64,000 nt of DNA, from the NCBI GenBank assembly GCA_032718475.1, contig JAUCBJ010000785.1, forward strand, positions 1-64,000. Direction: 5' to 3'. Source of the DNA: Nemertoderma westbladi (Eukaryota > Animalia > Xenacoelomorpha). The position numbers and the translations under genes are program-made. Within the stretch, counting starts at the first letter, position 1. Every line of letters begins with the position of its first letter. The notes beneath the pieces are model-generated. The model did no database searches. It saw only the letters and a program-made list of their open reading frames with translations, and was not told the origin of the DNA. Positions 1 through 12,874 of this stretch are shown here, in pieces.

Positions 1-173
1 CATCGTATACTGATCTGATTGCTGCAATAATTTCATCAGGAAACCCATATAATGAAAGTATGCTGAACATGCGTGAGCGAGAGACTGAATCAAAGGCCTT
101 GAAGAAGTCAACAAAGATAACAGCCAGATGCCTGTCTTTCTTTTTTGATAATTCTTCAATTATCCTTCTAAGT
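1..173 (-). mobile_element. RTE-clade LINE fragment (RT region), runs off the window edge
   Basis: Near-identical to 34520-34693, which encodes part of the RTE RT segment (FVDFFKAFDSVSR...YGIPDEII). Confidence 0.85.
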
Positions 174-3100
174 GCGGTGAACCTTATGCGGTGAACCGCG
201 TTTCCATAAGGGTCCCAGTGAAATTCAAAATACAGCGGGCGATGAATATTATTTAAAATACAAACAGAACGGATTGGTGAACGATTAAAATACAGGTGGA
301 ATGAGGCGGAGGGACTGACATATTTAAAAAATTTAGAAATGGGCGTTGATAGTGACGATCTAAAAAATGATTAAAATTCAAGTAGGTTATGGTTGTGGTG
401 GTGAGAAGTTTAAGTGGTGGTGGGATTGGTTAACTAAAAAATGATTAAAATACAAAATGGCTGAGGCTGACGAACTTAAAAAATAATTAAAAAGATAGGT
501 AGACTGACAAATTTAAAAATTACAAAAATACAATTAATTTCGGGCGGTGAATCTAAAAATACAAAAAATCCAAACATAGCTAATAATGGAGGTAGAGATA
601 ATCAGCCTCATGTGAATGAGGCTGATAAAAATAATTAAAATACACAAATTCACAAGTTTAATTGAATTTGGCATGTTAACTGAAATGCAAATAAAATGTA
701 GTTGATTGGATTAAAATCAAGCAAAAAGTTTGTAGAAAGGTATTTAAAAAAAAAAAAGTTATATTTATTGATTAGTGAATGGCGATTCGGTTTCATTAGT
801 TATTTTTTCGAGGTAATACTTCTTAACTTTATGTTTAAAAACAATTATTGAACTGGAATTGGTTATGGTGGTGTGGAGATTATTCCACAGCTTGGGGCCG
901 AGGAATCTGAATGAGCTCTGGCCGTAAACCGTGTGTCTATGTGGAACAGATGCCAGTTTGCATGTTGATCGAAGGGAGTAGTTGGTTTCCCGGAAGTCGA
1001 TGAGATCCGCTAGGTACTGGGGTGCTTGGCTGTGTTTGATTTTGTACACCCACGCGAGAATTACGGCCTCTACACGTTGTTCGAGAGGAAGCCAGTTTAT
1101 CTCCACGAAATCCGAAGCATCAATGTGCGTTCTCGGCCCAAGGCACAAGCAGAAGCGAACGCACTTCCGCTGGAGGGCCTCGAGCTGATTCCGCAGTCTT
1201 GCTGAGATCGTGAAGAACCACGTGGAGGCCGTGTAGTCGAGGTGGGGTTGGATGAGAGTGTTACACAGCATTCTGCGGAGGGATCTATCGAGAACAGATC
1301 CGTTTCGGTGTAGGAATTTAAATCGGGAGTTGCCTCGCTTTATAATCTTCGTCGCCATTTCCTCGCCATTTAGACTCTGGTTCAGTTCGGTCCCCAGGTA
1401 GATAACGGATTTGCGATTTGGAATTTTCTTACCATAGCAGTGTACCTCTAGGTCGGGAGCAGTTGCAAGTCTCTGGTTGGTACCAAACAGGATGCATTCG
1501 GTTTTATCAAAGTTAATCGTTAGTTTGTTTTCCGTACACCATTGAAAGACTCTATCCATTGTGTTTGTTAGTGAATGGGATATCTTCACCGAACATTCGT
1601 CACTGTGTGCTAATCCAGTATCGTCAGCAAATACTGGAGCTAATGTGTCATCTTCGATGGTCTGGGGGAAGTCGTTTGTATCACTAATGTAGAGCAATAC
1701 TCCAAGGATCGAACCTTGGGGAACTCTGTCGTTGTTGATCTTCCGGGTGGACTGTACATCTCCTATGGCCACATATTGCTCTCGGTTAGATAAATATGAT
1801 GTGAACCATTCCCAAGTACTTGTAGCAGCTCCCATTGCCCTCAGTTTATTTATAACCTTGCGGTGATCCACACAATCAAAAGCTTTGCGCAGGTCTATTA
1901 GCACCATCCCGGTTAGCTTTCCAGAGTCAATGGACACCTTGATGTAGTTATCTAGTAACATAAGTGCCGATTCTGTTGAAAAACCATGTCTATAACTGGA
2001 CTGCAACTTGTTTAAAAGATTGTTAGAGACCAGGTACAGGTAGCCCATCCATTGGTCGAATACGACTCATTCAAGGATTTTCGATAAAATTGGTAGTAGA
2101 GCAATGGGCCGAAAGTTTCCGCGAGCTATTTGAGATCCCTTTTCCTTGTAGATTGGGTTAAGGCGTGCTATTTTGTAGCCCTGTGGAAATGTTGAAGTTT
2201 GTATCGATAGCTTCACAATATGTGTAACAGGTTTTACTAAAAATTCAATTCCATCTTTAATTACTCTAGCTGGCTCTACTCTAGCTCTACTCTTGCTGTC
2301 TATTTTATGGAATATTTTATCCACCATGCTTAATGTCACTGGTTTCAGTTCGAACGAGTCCTTCTCTACCCCTTGTCTGGAGTAGTATTCCTTGGTTACA
2401 TCATTATTATATCGCCCACTAGCTGGTGTTACTTGGGAGACCAGATCCTTGGCTATATTTGAATAGTAGTTGTTGAATTCTTCACATATAGTTTGTGTGT
2501 CTCGGCAAATTTTTCCATCAATGAGTAGACCACTGATCGGGTTGCGCCCGCTTCCCTGTTTCTTTGTTGGCGGACCAATGGCTTTTAACGCCTTCCATAG
2601 TTTTTTGCTGTCACCAGTAGCTGCCTGTTGGGATGATTTTATATGTGAAACCTTTTTAACTTTCATAACGTTGGTAGCAATATTGCGAAGTCTTTTATAT
2701 TCTTCTTTAGCCGTTTCGGTTCTATGTTTATGTAGCTTGATCGATGCCTTGTTGCATAGGGTAATGGCGTCGATAACTTCTTTGTCCACCCAAGGTTGGG
2801 AATGGCTGCGGACCCGGAGTTCCTTAAATGGCGCTAATTTGTCAGTGATGTCAAGCAAGCAATTTGTCATTTGAAAGCCTGCTTCATCCACATCGTTTGC
2901 CGTTGGAATCTGGTTTAGCAAGCTGGAATATTTCAGTTCGTCAAGTAGGAGTTCATTCGTGTATTTGCTGAAAACCCGGCATTTCATAGTCTTTGGTAAT
3001 CCTGGCATTCTTTTCTGCCTTTTCCCCCTGCCTTTTCCGAGTCGCGAAGACCATGTTATGGTCACTAACTCTCTCTTTGATTACTCCGTGGTTGCTAATC

Positions 3101-3860
3101 ATGCCTTCATTTGTAACAAATACATGGTCTATAATAGTGGCTGTTTTCGAAGTGACTCGGGTAGCTTCCATTATAACCTGTTTAGAACCCATGTTTGTTT
3201 GTGAAGTGTAGCAGCTTCTTCATTTCATTATTGATCCCAGGTATAGAGGGTATTTTTTGAGTGACCTTGGATTTATATCCACAACTGGTGTCATGTCGAT
3301 ATTTGTGTCTCCCATTATGATAATTTCATTATAAGCTGAAATGTCAATACATCCTTCTATGTTCTCAAACAGAGATAGGTCAGCATCATGTCTATATACT
3401 ACTCCAGTTAGCAGCGGTTTTGTATCTGGTAGTAAAAGTTCTCCGAATAAAATTTCAGACTGTGTTGCTTTTGAAGATTCCAGCTCATTAAAAAGTAGCC
3501 TTTTGTGGACATACAAGACGATTCCACCACCACTACGTCCAGTTCTATCTCGCCTAACCGCATTATAGTTTGATATATTAATGTTAACATTACTAATGGT
3601 GTCATCGAGCCAAGATTCCGTTATTGCTAGTAAATCGATTACGCATGAATTCATTATAATTCGCAACTCGTCAATTTTGTTCTTTAAGTGACAGATATTA
3701 ACATGCACAAAATGTATTCCCTTTGAATTGAAACTCGTGAGCCAGTCATAGGGATTATTGGTTGGTATATCTAAACTTTTGAATTCTTTGTTACTAGTTG
3801 TACTACTTACAGTGTGATGTGATGTTGAGACTAGTCTATCAACTTCGGTTGTTGGTTTTT
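174..3860 (-). mobile_element. Degenerate L2/CR1-group non-LTR retrotransposon (APE endonuclease + RT, long AT-rich 3' UTR), 5'-truncated
   Basis: ORF pieces 3220-~3860 (APE: HVNICHL, LAITESWL, RRDR..GGG, GDTNID), 2953-3192, 2067-3065 (NFRPIALLPILSKILE) and 765-2048 (DLRKAFD, PQGSILG, FADD, C-terminal WLP..R/LWNNL); broken by stops and frameshifts. Confidence 0.9.
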
Positions 3861-3861
3861 T

Positions 3862-5363
3862 GTGAGGTACCTGTCGCACGACGAACCCCTACCTGCCGTT
3901 AGAGACCAGTTCGATGCATTTATACCGAAGAACCCGAAGAGAAGATGAGGAAAGGTCAAAGGTCTTCAGTATATACAAGCTGTTCTATAAATGTAGAGAG
4001 TGCATGAACAAACAAGATGTCTCCATTCCCGATCGTATAAACAAACAAAATCCCGAGCCGATATTAACGTGGTGAAAGGCACACCAATTCCTCAGGAATA
4101 ACGAAGGAGGATATCCGATGAGTAATCCGATGATAAGCATCGATTTTAGGGGGAAAAGACCCCAGAGGCCTATTACACCGACCATTACGACTCTAGATCC
4201 GTACACTGAGGTTGGACCTCGTACAACTCCTGCTCTAATGGAGATGACTGCGGCCATTTCGCTTTATCGGGCATACAAAGATCTGGAGGCACGGCGCAAA
4301 GCAACACAGGACTAGAGTACCAAACCCGCTGGTTTGGAACTCTCGAGTCCTTGGTCAACATTCACTTTGCCACATCCGGAGACGAAGCTCACGTCTGAGC
4401 ATCAGGATGAGATAGATGCATTATGACAGGAAGAATGAGCAGCGAAGGCGAAACAACTTTTTGTAGAATGTAAGGCCAAGTACAATGAGACTGCGGATAG
4501 ACACCAGGAAGAAACAAGGAGAGTTACTGGATTCGTTCCACAAGCTATATCTCAACCTAGACCAGTGTATTATTCTGGCAGTAACAAAGTTGCAGTATTG
4601 GTAGATCATCCAGAGGCGCGAGAAGCTATTCGGTTCGTACCAATGGTAACGTTAGCAGATCACAGAAACGTTGACTGCTTGAGAGAAGTCTTGTGTGCGA
4701 AGTTCCTACACGATGTTCCTATGCAGATCAGAGACTATGACACTTTGGATAAGATTGGAGCCCCAGGGAGAGAGAGTAAGTTGTTTGGTTGGTTGGACAA
4801 ATACATAAAGGTGTGGATCGCGGTGGCCACATTCCCCGATGATGAGGAGGTGGACCAAGCATGGTTGAGAAGGAAGGGTTCATATACCTATTATGATGAC
4901 CCCAAGACCATAGAACGCATGTGGACACCATCTGAGGAAATACAACGCTAATGGAGGAAGATGGCGGAGTCATTGGAGGATTGGCAACTGATGTTTTACA
5001 ATAACGGGGGAGGGTCTTACCACGAGTGTCTGACAAGTAAATGTATCCAGATCCAAGCCGCCGATGGCATAACCCACGTGTTCATGCATGTGAGAGCGGA
5101 CCGGGACACAGACTGGAGCTGATTATAACGACTCAATATAGATGCGAGAAGGATCCCCGGGAACAGATTCTAGAGGTATGCAGATGAGGAGGTATGCATG
5201 GAGCAGAGATAATAGACGCGAGGATGTTGCCCAAGAAGGTTAGGTAGGCAATCCTGAACCAAGACTATGTAAAGGTGGGATCAGGTGTCCAAAGCGATTT
5301 GGAGAGTGATTTCAATGCTATGGAGGACCCGGAGGACCGATTGCCGAGACCGTTCATCGATAC
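3862..5363 (+). pseudogene. Decayed homolog (N-terminal part) of the retrotransposon accessory exonuclease ORF at 24806-29059
   Basis: Collinear motifs: YLSHDEPLP vs YLTADRPLP; FYKCREC vs YYCDEC; SNPMI..RP..TLDP vs NKPMI..RP..TLDP; IRFVPMV vs LKFLPLI; YNNGG vs YDNEG; IQIQAADGITHVF vs IHIRGLAGSTHVF; MLPKKV..VKVGSGVQSDLESDF vs MLPQPV..LKIGSAVYGDLQNDF; many stops. Confidence 0.85.
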
Positions 5364-6681
5364 TACTAGGATCGGCATGCTGCATTGCAGCTGCATTTTT
5401 AAGAATGCTGTGCCGGCTTGTCAACAAAATTGCTCCGCCACAACTCCCTATCACCCATGACATTTGCTAGATCATCCGCATCTTTAAGGCCAGTGTCCTT
5501 TAAGATGCGTCTCAAGAAAGTCATGGGCTGTCCACCATGCTTATTCACTCCATGAGGCTGCCAAAGTACAAGATTATGCACTGGCTGATCCTCACGGCGA
5601 AAGCAATGTCCTGCAAAGCGGAGGCGATTTTGTTCTAGTGTCAAGCTTGGGGGAACCAATGAGACACCTCCAATGTTATATAGTGTCTGGTTGGAGATGT
5701 GTGCATTGTACTTGACACAATGAACCCGGTGTAGCATTCTTGTGAATGTGCCATCCAGAGATTTGGTGTCCTCAGCAGTTAGAGCCCAGCATGGACTCCT
5801 GTAGAGGAGTACTGGAACTACTGCTGCTCTAAATAATCGGACCTTAAGTTTCCGATTAATTCTCGGTGAATTCCAAATCCTGGAAAGCCTATTCAAGGCT
5901 GCCCATGCCTTTCCCTTACGTATTCGAAGGTCCTCACCTGACTTCCGGATCTATGATCCCAGGTAACAGAAGTCGTCCACATGCTCAAGCATACCATCCT
6001 TCAAGCTTATGCTCATCCGATCAGAGACTTGCTGAGGACTTTCAAAGTTAACTGTAAATTATTTTTATGGCTGTCGAATTCAGTGATTATATTAATATAT
6101 TTTATAGAATTGAAAATTATAGGGAATAGTTAAAAGTGTATCATGGTTATTCTAATCAATTTGTATTATCCTCTATATAACCAACCATTTCTAGTATTGA
6201 TTCTTTCAGTATGTCTAATGTTGTTATGTCTAGAGAGTGTAATGTAATGTAATGCAAGTTAAGTACAGTAGGCAGATGATACGGAAGCCCATAGTATCAA
6301 ACAGTAGTGGAATAATCAACTACAGTATTATATTTTCCATCATAAAGGTCTCAATATATTACACAAAAATCACAACCAGTAGATTTTTGCGATATTTATG
6401 CATTATTTTGATAACTCTTCAAATATCCTTCTAAGTGCCAAAATGGGCTCCATGGTCCCACGACCTTTACGGAACCCATTCTGATTTCCACGGAGCAGTC
6501 TCTCAATGGGATCCCTGATGCGATTTAATAGAATCCTATTGTATAGCTTTGCAGCAATCGAGATCAATGAGATTCCCCGAAAAGTACCATAGAGTGTTAG
6601 GTTGCCCTTCTTGGGAACTGGCACCAACATATTTGTTTTCATTTCTTGTGGGACTCTTGTTGTTCGGTACATGTCTACTAT
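5364..6681 (-). mobile_element. 5'-truncated RTE LINE with 12-bp TSD; part of RT is replaced by ~345 bp of AT-rich DNA (~6058-6403)
   Basis: TSD GTTCATCGATAC at 5352-5363 and 6682-6693; RTE motifs ([37 protein letters not shown]); short (TAG)n 3' tail. Confidence 0.9.
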
Positions 6682-7444
6682 GTTCATCGATACGAAACTA
6701 TTGTTGCTATGGTCACAGGATGTTGGGATATACAGAGAGTACCCTAATTCCAACAAGACTGGTATGTGTTTTATAGCGCATTTGTTATATAATTGGGACT
6801 TTAAGTTGAAGACGCAGAAGAAGTATGAGGAGGCGTATATTGAATATAATACTCCGCCGGGAGCCAAGTTTAAATCACATTTCAAGCGGCAAGCCTTGGT
6901 ATATTGGAACATTTGTGCACCACCTCATGTTTCATTGCAGTATTATCTAGTGTTGGAGTTAACCACGGTAACTTGCTTGATACAGCAGATATAGTCGCGA
7001 GAGTTTTGAAGCGGCATCCGTTGGTGTTTGGAGTAGATCAATACATCAGATCGAAGGGAGAAATTCAGTCCAATGTGATGAAGCGTTTCTTAACCCCGTT
7101 CTTCAACCAATCTTTGAATAACACATCGATGGTCAGAAAGGGATTACCGTTCTTCGAGGGAGTGTACTGACAGAATCAGACCTTCCATGGAGTATCCGAC
7201 GCCAGAAGCGTTAGAGAAGTTTTTCGGGAACCAAACCCGCGGGTTTGGTACTCCCGGCCACTTGGACGTAGACAGAGTGGTTAGGGAGAAGAAGGGACAT
7301 GGTTGGCTGGAGACGTTAGTGGAGGTGTTCAGAATGGATTTTCCAGTGGAGAAGACATATCCTAAAAGGACAAGAGAGTGGAGATATTGGAGATCGAGAG
7401 TAAGGGTGAGGATGCTTACTTCATTCCAGAACAATAACCCCTGA
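6682..7444 (+). pseudogene. Decayed homolog (continuation) of the accessory exonuclease ORF, resuming after the RTE insertion
   Basis: FIDTK..W..G vs FVDTQ..W..G; AHLLYNWDFK vs AFQEYGWNFK; PHVSLQYYLVLE vs LRPSLAIYTIFE; RVLKRHPLVFG..KRFLTPF vs RTIRAHPLILG..RRFLTPF; right boundary approximate. Confidence 0.8.
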
Positions 7445-8564
7445 CCAGAGAAGGGAGTGCAAGACCGATTGGAGATCGATCAGGAGACCGATCAGGCCCC
7501 TGTATTTCAACAGGGGGGTGTTTGGCCGGGAGGGTTGAAAGTGGAACAGGTTCCTGTGCATGCGGGTGCAAGAGATGATATGGGGGGCCTGCAGGGTGAT
7601 GCTTGGCCTGTGGAAAGGAAACAGGAACCCGTTACAGAGCGGGGTAGTCGGGATAGAGTGGATGGAGGTTGTGCTCCGCAGGGTGAGACTGGGTTGAACG
7701 ATAGGCGATGGGACTGAGACAGAGGCCCTGGTCATGGGAATCGGAGGGTTGATGAAGGAGTGAGGAGTAGACGTGTTTCTGAGGGAGGCACAGGGTCTAG
7801 GGGTGAATGTGGGGTGAGAGGAGGCCACCCTGTAGGAACACATAGGGCTTTGGATAATTGGATAGATGATTTAGTAGAAGGGTAGCTGGGTGGGGAGGCG
7901 AAACGTGCGGTGTCGGGTTTCGGTTGTAATGGCCGAGCCTTTGCGGTTGTTTGGAAAACCTTGAAAGAGATGTTTGCTCATCCAGCAATTATTTCACGCG
8001 TTTTCATTGGTACTGTTACGGATGGAAGACAGGTAGCAGAGTCGGATAGGCTGGGTCTGAGACAACTGTTATCAAACATTTCTCTGTGTGTGTATACTTT
8101 GGATCAGATGAACAATGTGGCTGACTTACACTCAGCTGAGAAGTTTTAGCGCGCACAATATCGCCTTCTATTATGCAGCTAGACAACATGACAACTTCAA
8201 GTAGGAATTCTAACTATTTCTTCATATAAATTATTTGCTCTTTGGCTTTGCTAGTTCACCAAAACCAATATCGGTAAATGTAACCGCTGGTATCCAATGC
8301 ACCTTTTAGTAGGAGAGTTTGTGTTGGTCTATCAGTCCGTTACTTTATTTCATAAAACACACCAATTATATATTCATATAAACTGCCCCATTTACTAACA
8401 TTGCGCTACTTTGCTTCCACTAAGCAGCAGTAAGTATTTAATGTTTATAGGTTCCGTTTTATATTGTTTAAGTATGGCGTGTTTGCTGTTTGTGTCGTTA
8501 TATTCATTCAGAATATTGTATTTTAGTTCGTATTCAATTTCAATTTCGTATTCGGTTACCTAAA

Positions 8565-10424
8565 ATGTACAAGGAATCTCTTCTACTTTTAACTCTGACA
8601 GCTCTTTTAGCTGTGGAGTGTTTGGGAGAGAGCCATGGGAACTTAACCGAATTGGTTGAAAGAGACAATGTAAGTTTGTTATTTAATGTAGAATCAGTGT
8701 TTGTAGGGCCACTAACTACACTTACAACTAACTTTTGCTCTTTTGCCAAAACCTGCTTATTGCGTTCTACTGTAAGTTCGATTGGTGCAAATCAAGATTC
8801 CGTTTGGCTGTTTGCACATTTGACTTCTGTAACCTCTCTGTGTTTCAAATCCTTTCTGACATCCGTATCCCATCTGTCAAGTTACACTGTTCAAACTACA
8901 TAGTTCATCAAATTACACGATAATAATATTAATATAAAAGTCACTTTTTTGAAATAATTTAGTTTCCTCCGCCGAAGCCATTCCACTTATTCCACCAAAG
9001 ATAAATATGTTGTGAATGTAGACCTTGCGGTTTTTTATCATCATATCTCTATGCTACGGAACAACCTGCCAACTAGAGAATAGACATTGCTATTGCATTA
9101 AGATAAACCCTAAGTAAATTTAATATTTAATTAGGATTATATATCCTTGTAACAGTTTTGTTCTCATATTATCTATTGCGTATTGTTGATTGATGAGAAT
9201 AGTAAAATACTATAGCACTGACCTATTTCTCTATAATTAACTTTTTTAATTTTTTGTAATTCATCGGTATCTTTGAGTCAGGTTTATTGTAAACCCCGAG
9301 ATTTTGTGACTTTTCCTAAAATTTAATGGGCTATCCAATAAAACAAACGCCATTTACATGGCTATGTTAGTTTCCGTGCTTTGGTCCCTTTATGAATATG
9401 AATATATAAATAATCTAAAGTTACGCAATGATTATTGTTTTAGGATAAAGGCCAAGAAGATTTAGATCTGGCTACCAACCAAACCGGCCAAAACATGTTA
9501 AACAAAAGGTACGGCCATCTGATAGAACCGGTACAGGGGTTGACGATTCAACGAAGAGTAACAGGTAGATTAACATATAACAAAGTATAACATGCATCCC
9601 TCCTATGGGATATTATTTATAAAACTATATGTCCCCATCGCAGTCACACAAATTCGTAAGACAGTACAGTAGTTACCCGGTTCTTAATTATATTTTAGAT
9701 ATTCTCTGTTTGTATAATTTTTTTTTAAGAATTAGATACAGAGTGGAAAGAACAGATAACAGAACTGGTTACAGAGTTGAAAGAACAGAATAGAGAGTTG
9801 AAAGACCAGTTTACAGGGTTAAAACTATTTAATTATAAGCTAATAGCGCCTATCCTAAAGCAAAATGATGGAGTAAAGATTCAACAAAGAGTTGATGGAT
9901 CTGTTGACTTCTATCGAAACTGGGATGAATATGTTGAAGGATTTGGCGACCCGAATACCAATTTTTGGTTGGGGTTGGAGATGATCCACAAGCTGAGTGA
10001 AGGCGGAGTGAAGTTGAGAGTCGATTTGTGGTTCACTGGAGAGGGACATAAAGGTGGAGATGGTTTTCATAGATGGGAGAGGGTGAATTACAACAACGAA
10101 CACAAATACGCGGAATACGACAACTTCTCTGTCGGATCAGCTGCAACTAATTACACCCTACATGTATCCGGTTACCATGGTACTGCTGCTGACGCATTGA
10201 AGCATATGAACGCTTTCCCTTTCACCACCAAGGACCGCGATAATGACCACGATAACTCCCTCAACTGCGCCGTAGAACGTACTGGGGCGTGGTGGTACAA
10301 GATCTGCAACGCGTACAGTAGCCTGAACGGAGAATATGGTGGGAAGGATCAGAAAGGACCTTATTGGTATAATTTTACAGAAAGGAATCCGGCTTCACGA
10401 GTTGAAATGATGATTTGGATTTAG
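8565..10424 (+). CDS. Secreted fibrinogen-related domain (FReD) protein, ~306 aa; exons 8565-8669, 9444-9564, 9730-10424
   Basis: Signal peptide MYKESLLLLTLTALLAVECLG; GT-AG introns with compatible phases; short coiled coil; FReD motifs QQRVDGSVDFYRNWDEYVEGFG, FWLGLE, FTTKDRDND, GAWWY..C. Confidence 0.9.
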
Positions 10425-11281
10425 TAAAACTGTAAGTTTTTTATATAAACTTACTAAATAATTACAATAGAGTAGCGTTGGAAACTAACTTTTACATTTA
10501 ATTATAAAATTAATTTTCATTCTACTGAGTAAAACCAGTTACCGCGGGTAGGAAACGCAACGTGTAAAAAATTTAATATGAAACATTTAATTTTATTTTA
10601 CTAAATTCCTAATGACCTCCATCACCATCTCTATTAAATATTCTACTATATGGTTGCTTTAAAGTATTTTGTATAACATTTCTATATGGTAAATAAGTAA
10701 AAAATAAGATATATTTTATTTGGGTGAAAAGTTCCTGATTAATAATACTGTAGTTCCTTAATAAATATGTTAACGTTTTTTTTACTATAAAATTATTTAC
10801 TTAAAAATTTTTTATTATTTATTTTGCAGTTTGAATTCCCAATGAGTTGTAGAAGAGATGCTGCACCTTGGTCTACAGTTCTAAATGACTCATTAAACAC
10901 AACTGCTATATGTTACCAGTTTATATGTTATATGGTTATTGGTTTATTGGTTTATGTTTACAATAATTAATTGCACGACAAACAACCTTGACTTCTTGAG
11001 TTTCTTGAATTCTTGAGATTCCGACAGCAGGTTCCCTGTCCGAACCCAGAGGTGTAGTGAGAAGGGAAGTAGATATTCAACTAAAACCACTTGGCACAGA
11101 AACTTAACAAGGTGGAAAGTTATCGTGTTCGACCCGACAATGCGGTTCTGGCGGTTCACCTTGCGAGGCGATGATGGAAAATGGATACGCGACCGCTCAT
11201 GGAAACATGAGAACAAATATCGGAAAACTAAAGAAGGAAGGAAACCACAAACCTATACAATCCACAACTCCCAATGTCCGG

Positions 11282-11339
11282 TAGTACTGGTATCCAAGTC
11301 CTAGTACTGGTATCCAAGTCCTAGTACTGGTATCCAAGT
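11282..11339. repeat. 20-bp tandem repeat x3 (TAGTACTGGTATCCAAGTCC)
   Basis: Read directly. Confidence 0.9.
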
Positions 11340-11672
11340 TCTGTCGCTACCAAAACCGTTTTTACATTGTCTTTGTTTTAACGCCCAATCACTTAACAAT
11401 AAACTCACTGATCTAAGTGCATTTTTTTTAAATAGACGGATTATCACATCGTAGCTATTGTCTGATTCAACGTCTGCGATGCCATGATGAACAGTAAATA
11501 TAAAGTGTTTTGCTCTGATAGGACCACAGCCATCTGTGGTGGTGGTGTTGCTCTGTTGGTGCGCGACACCCCATAATACACCCCAGTCATCCTTCCGACT
11601 GGGTACAGTTTTAGCACTTGTTTCTCTGACGTAATAGCTGTGGGTATTGTTGTTATAGCACCAATCCATATA

Positions 11673-12863
11673 TGTAAAAGCTTTTGTGGGATAACTGATT
11701 CGTTTGCCTTGCTAACCAGTTCCCCCCAGGCGCTGGAATACTCTAAAAAGGGATCTATAACTCGAATAGTGCAAGCTACCGGCTGATTGGCTGATTTACT
11801 GTGCGAAGGGATCTGGGCTATGTTTGATCGTCCAACCAGCTTGGGAAGGTTGCCCCACAGCCCTGCTTTCTGTCCCTGCCAATAGGATTTGAGTTGGTTT
11901 TGATTTCGACCTATCACAGATCTACTGAACTGAATTTTCCTATCTGTATGCTCATTCTCTGTGGTGGGTGGAAGCCTTTGTAAATAAGGTTATTCTTATC
12001 AGTTTTTAGTGTGTTATCATTCTGTCCTGAGCCAGGAGAGAGCGGCTTGGAAATATTTTGTGCTTTTCTGTTTTAGTCTAACACTAGTAGGCTTAATTAT
12101 AAGGACATATATCCGTTATCTGATGTCTGATCACTGATGAACTAAACATAACATACCATACCTAATCAAACAACCTGTGCATACTTTTATATTGTTATAC
12201 TGCTATTTACTGTCAGTTCTTCATAATATGGTTGATGAATTATTATATTTGGAATAACGATAAATAACCCCGAAAACCCAATATTCTTGATATACCGAAG
12301 GTAAGAGAGAAAGGTTACATATAACGATTGTGACTTATGTTAAAGTGGTTTGAAGTGAATCTAATGTTATTTGATAGACCCTACATGAGTCGGTCCGTGT
12401 TCCTTTTATATGTGGCTAAAATCAGTGAAGATCGGCAGATCAGTGTGCAGTATTGTGCAGCATTGTGTATGAGTGAGTCTGATAACGAAGCATTTCCTAA
12501 AGAATGCGCCATATATGTGAATTATAACTAAGCCATATCGTTGTGAGTAGTTTAAGTCATAACTCTGTTTATATAGATAGAGCGCCACGTCCTAAAGGAA
12601 CTGTTAATATTTCCCGAAGGTGAATAATATTGTCAGAGATTATATAATACTGTCAGTCGAATAATACATTAGGCTTACATAGCAATAAGATTAAGCCGTC
12701 GAACCCAATCTCCCGGGTATATCCAGCGGGTGAATGATCGCGCACAGATTGGTTTCGACTAGTGTAGTGAATCAAATACTTGTCATAGGCTAAAAGTGAT
12801 TTATTATCTAAAAGACATCCTAATTTGGCGGGTTAAACTGCCAAAGGTCTGAAAGCGCGAACA
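11673..12863 (+). repeat. 5' LTR (1191 bp)
   Basis: Direct repeat of 29138-30328; TGTAAA...GAACA; only ~4 substitutions seen by eye. Confidence 0.97.
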
Positions 12864-12874
12864 ATAACGGATAT
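12864..12874 (+). promoter_or_regulatory. Putative non-tRNA (self-priming) primer-binding site ATAACGGATAT
   Basis: Abuts the 5' LTR, lacks TGG, and is the exact reverse complement of ATATCCGTTAT at 12109-12119 (and 29574-29584). Confidence 0.6.

Noticed and set aside
3861-3879. N-terminus MRQVPHKK of the 3220-3879 endonuclease ORF
   Set aside because: It crosses the LINE truncation junction into the opposite-strand exonuclease-homolog remnant, so it is not a real start
11444-12588. Small ORFs repeated at 11444-12588 and 29056-30053
   Set aside because: Chance ORFs duplicated only because they lie in the LTRs
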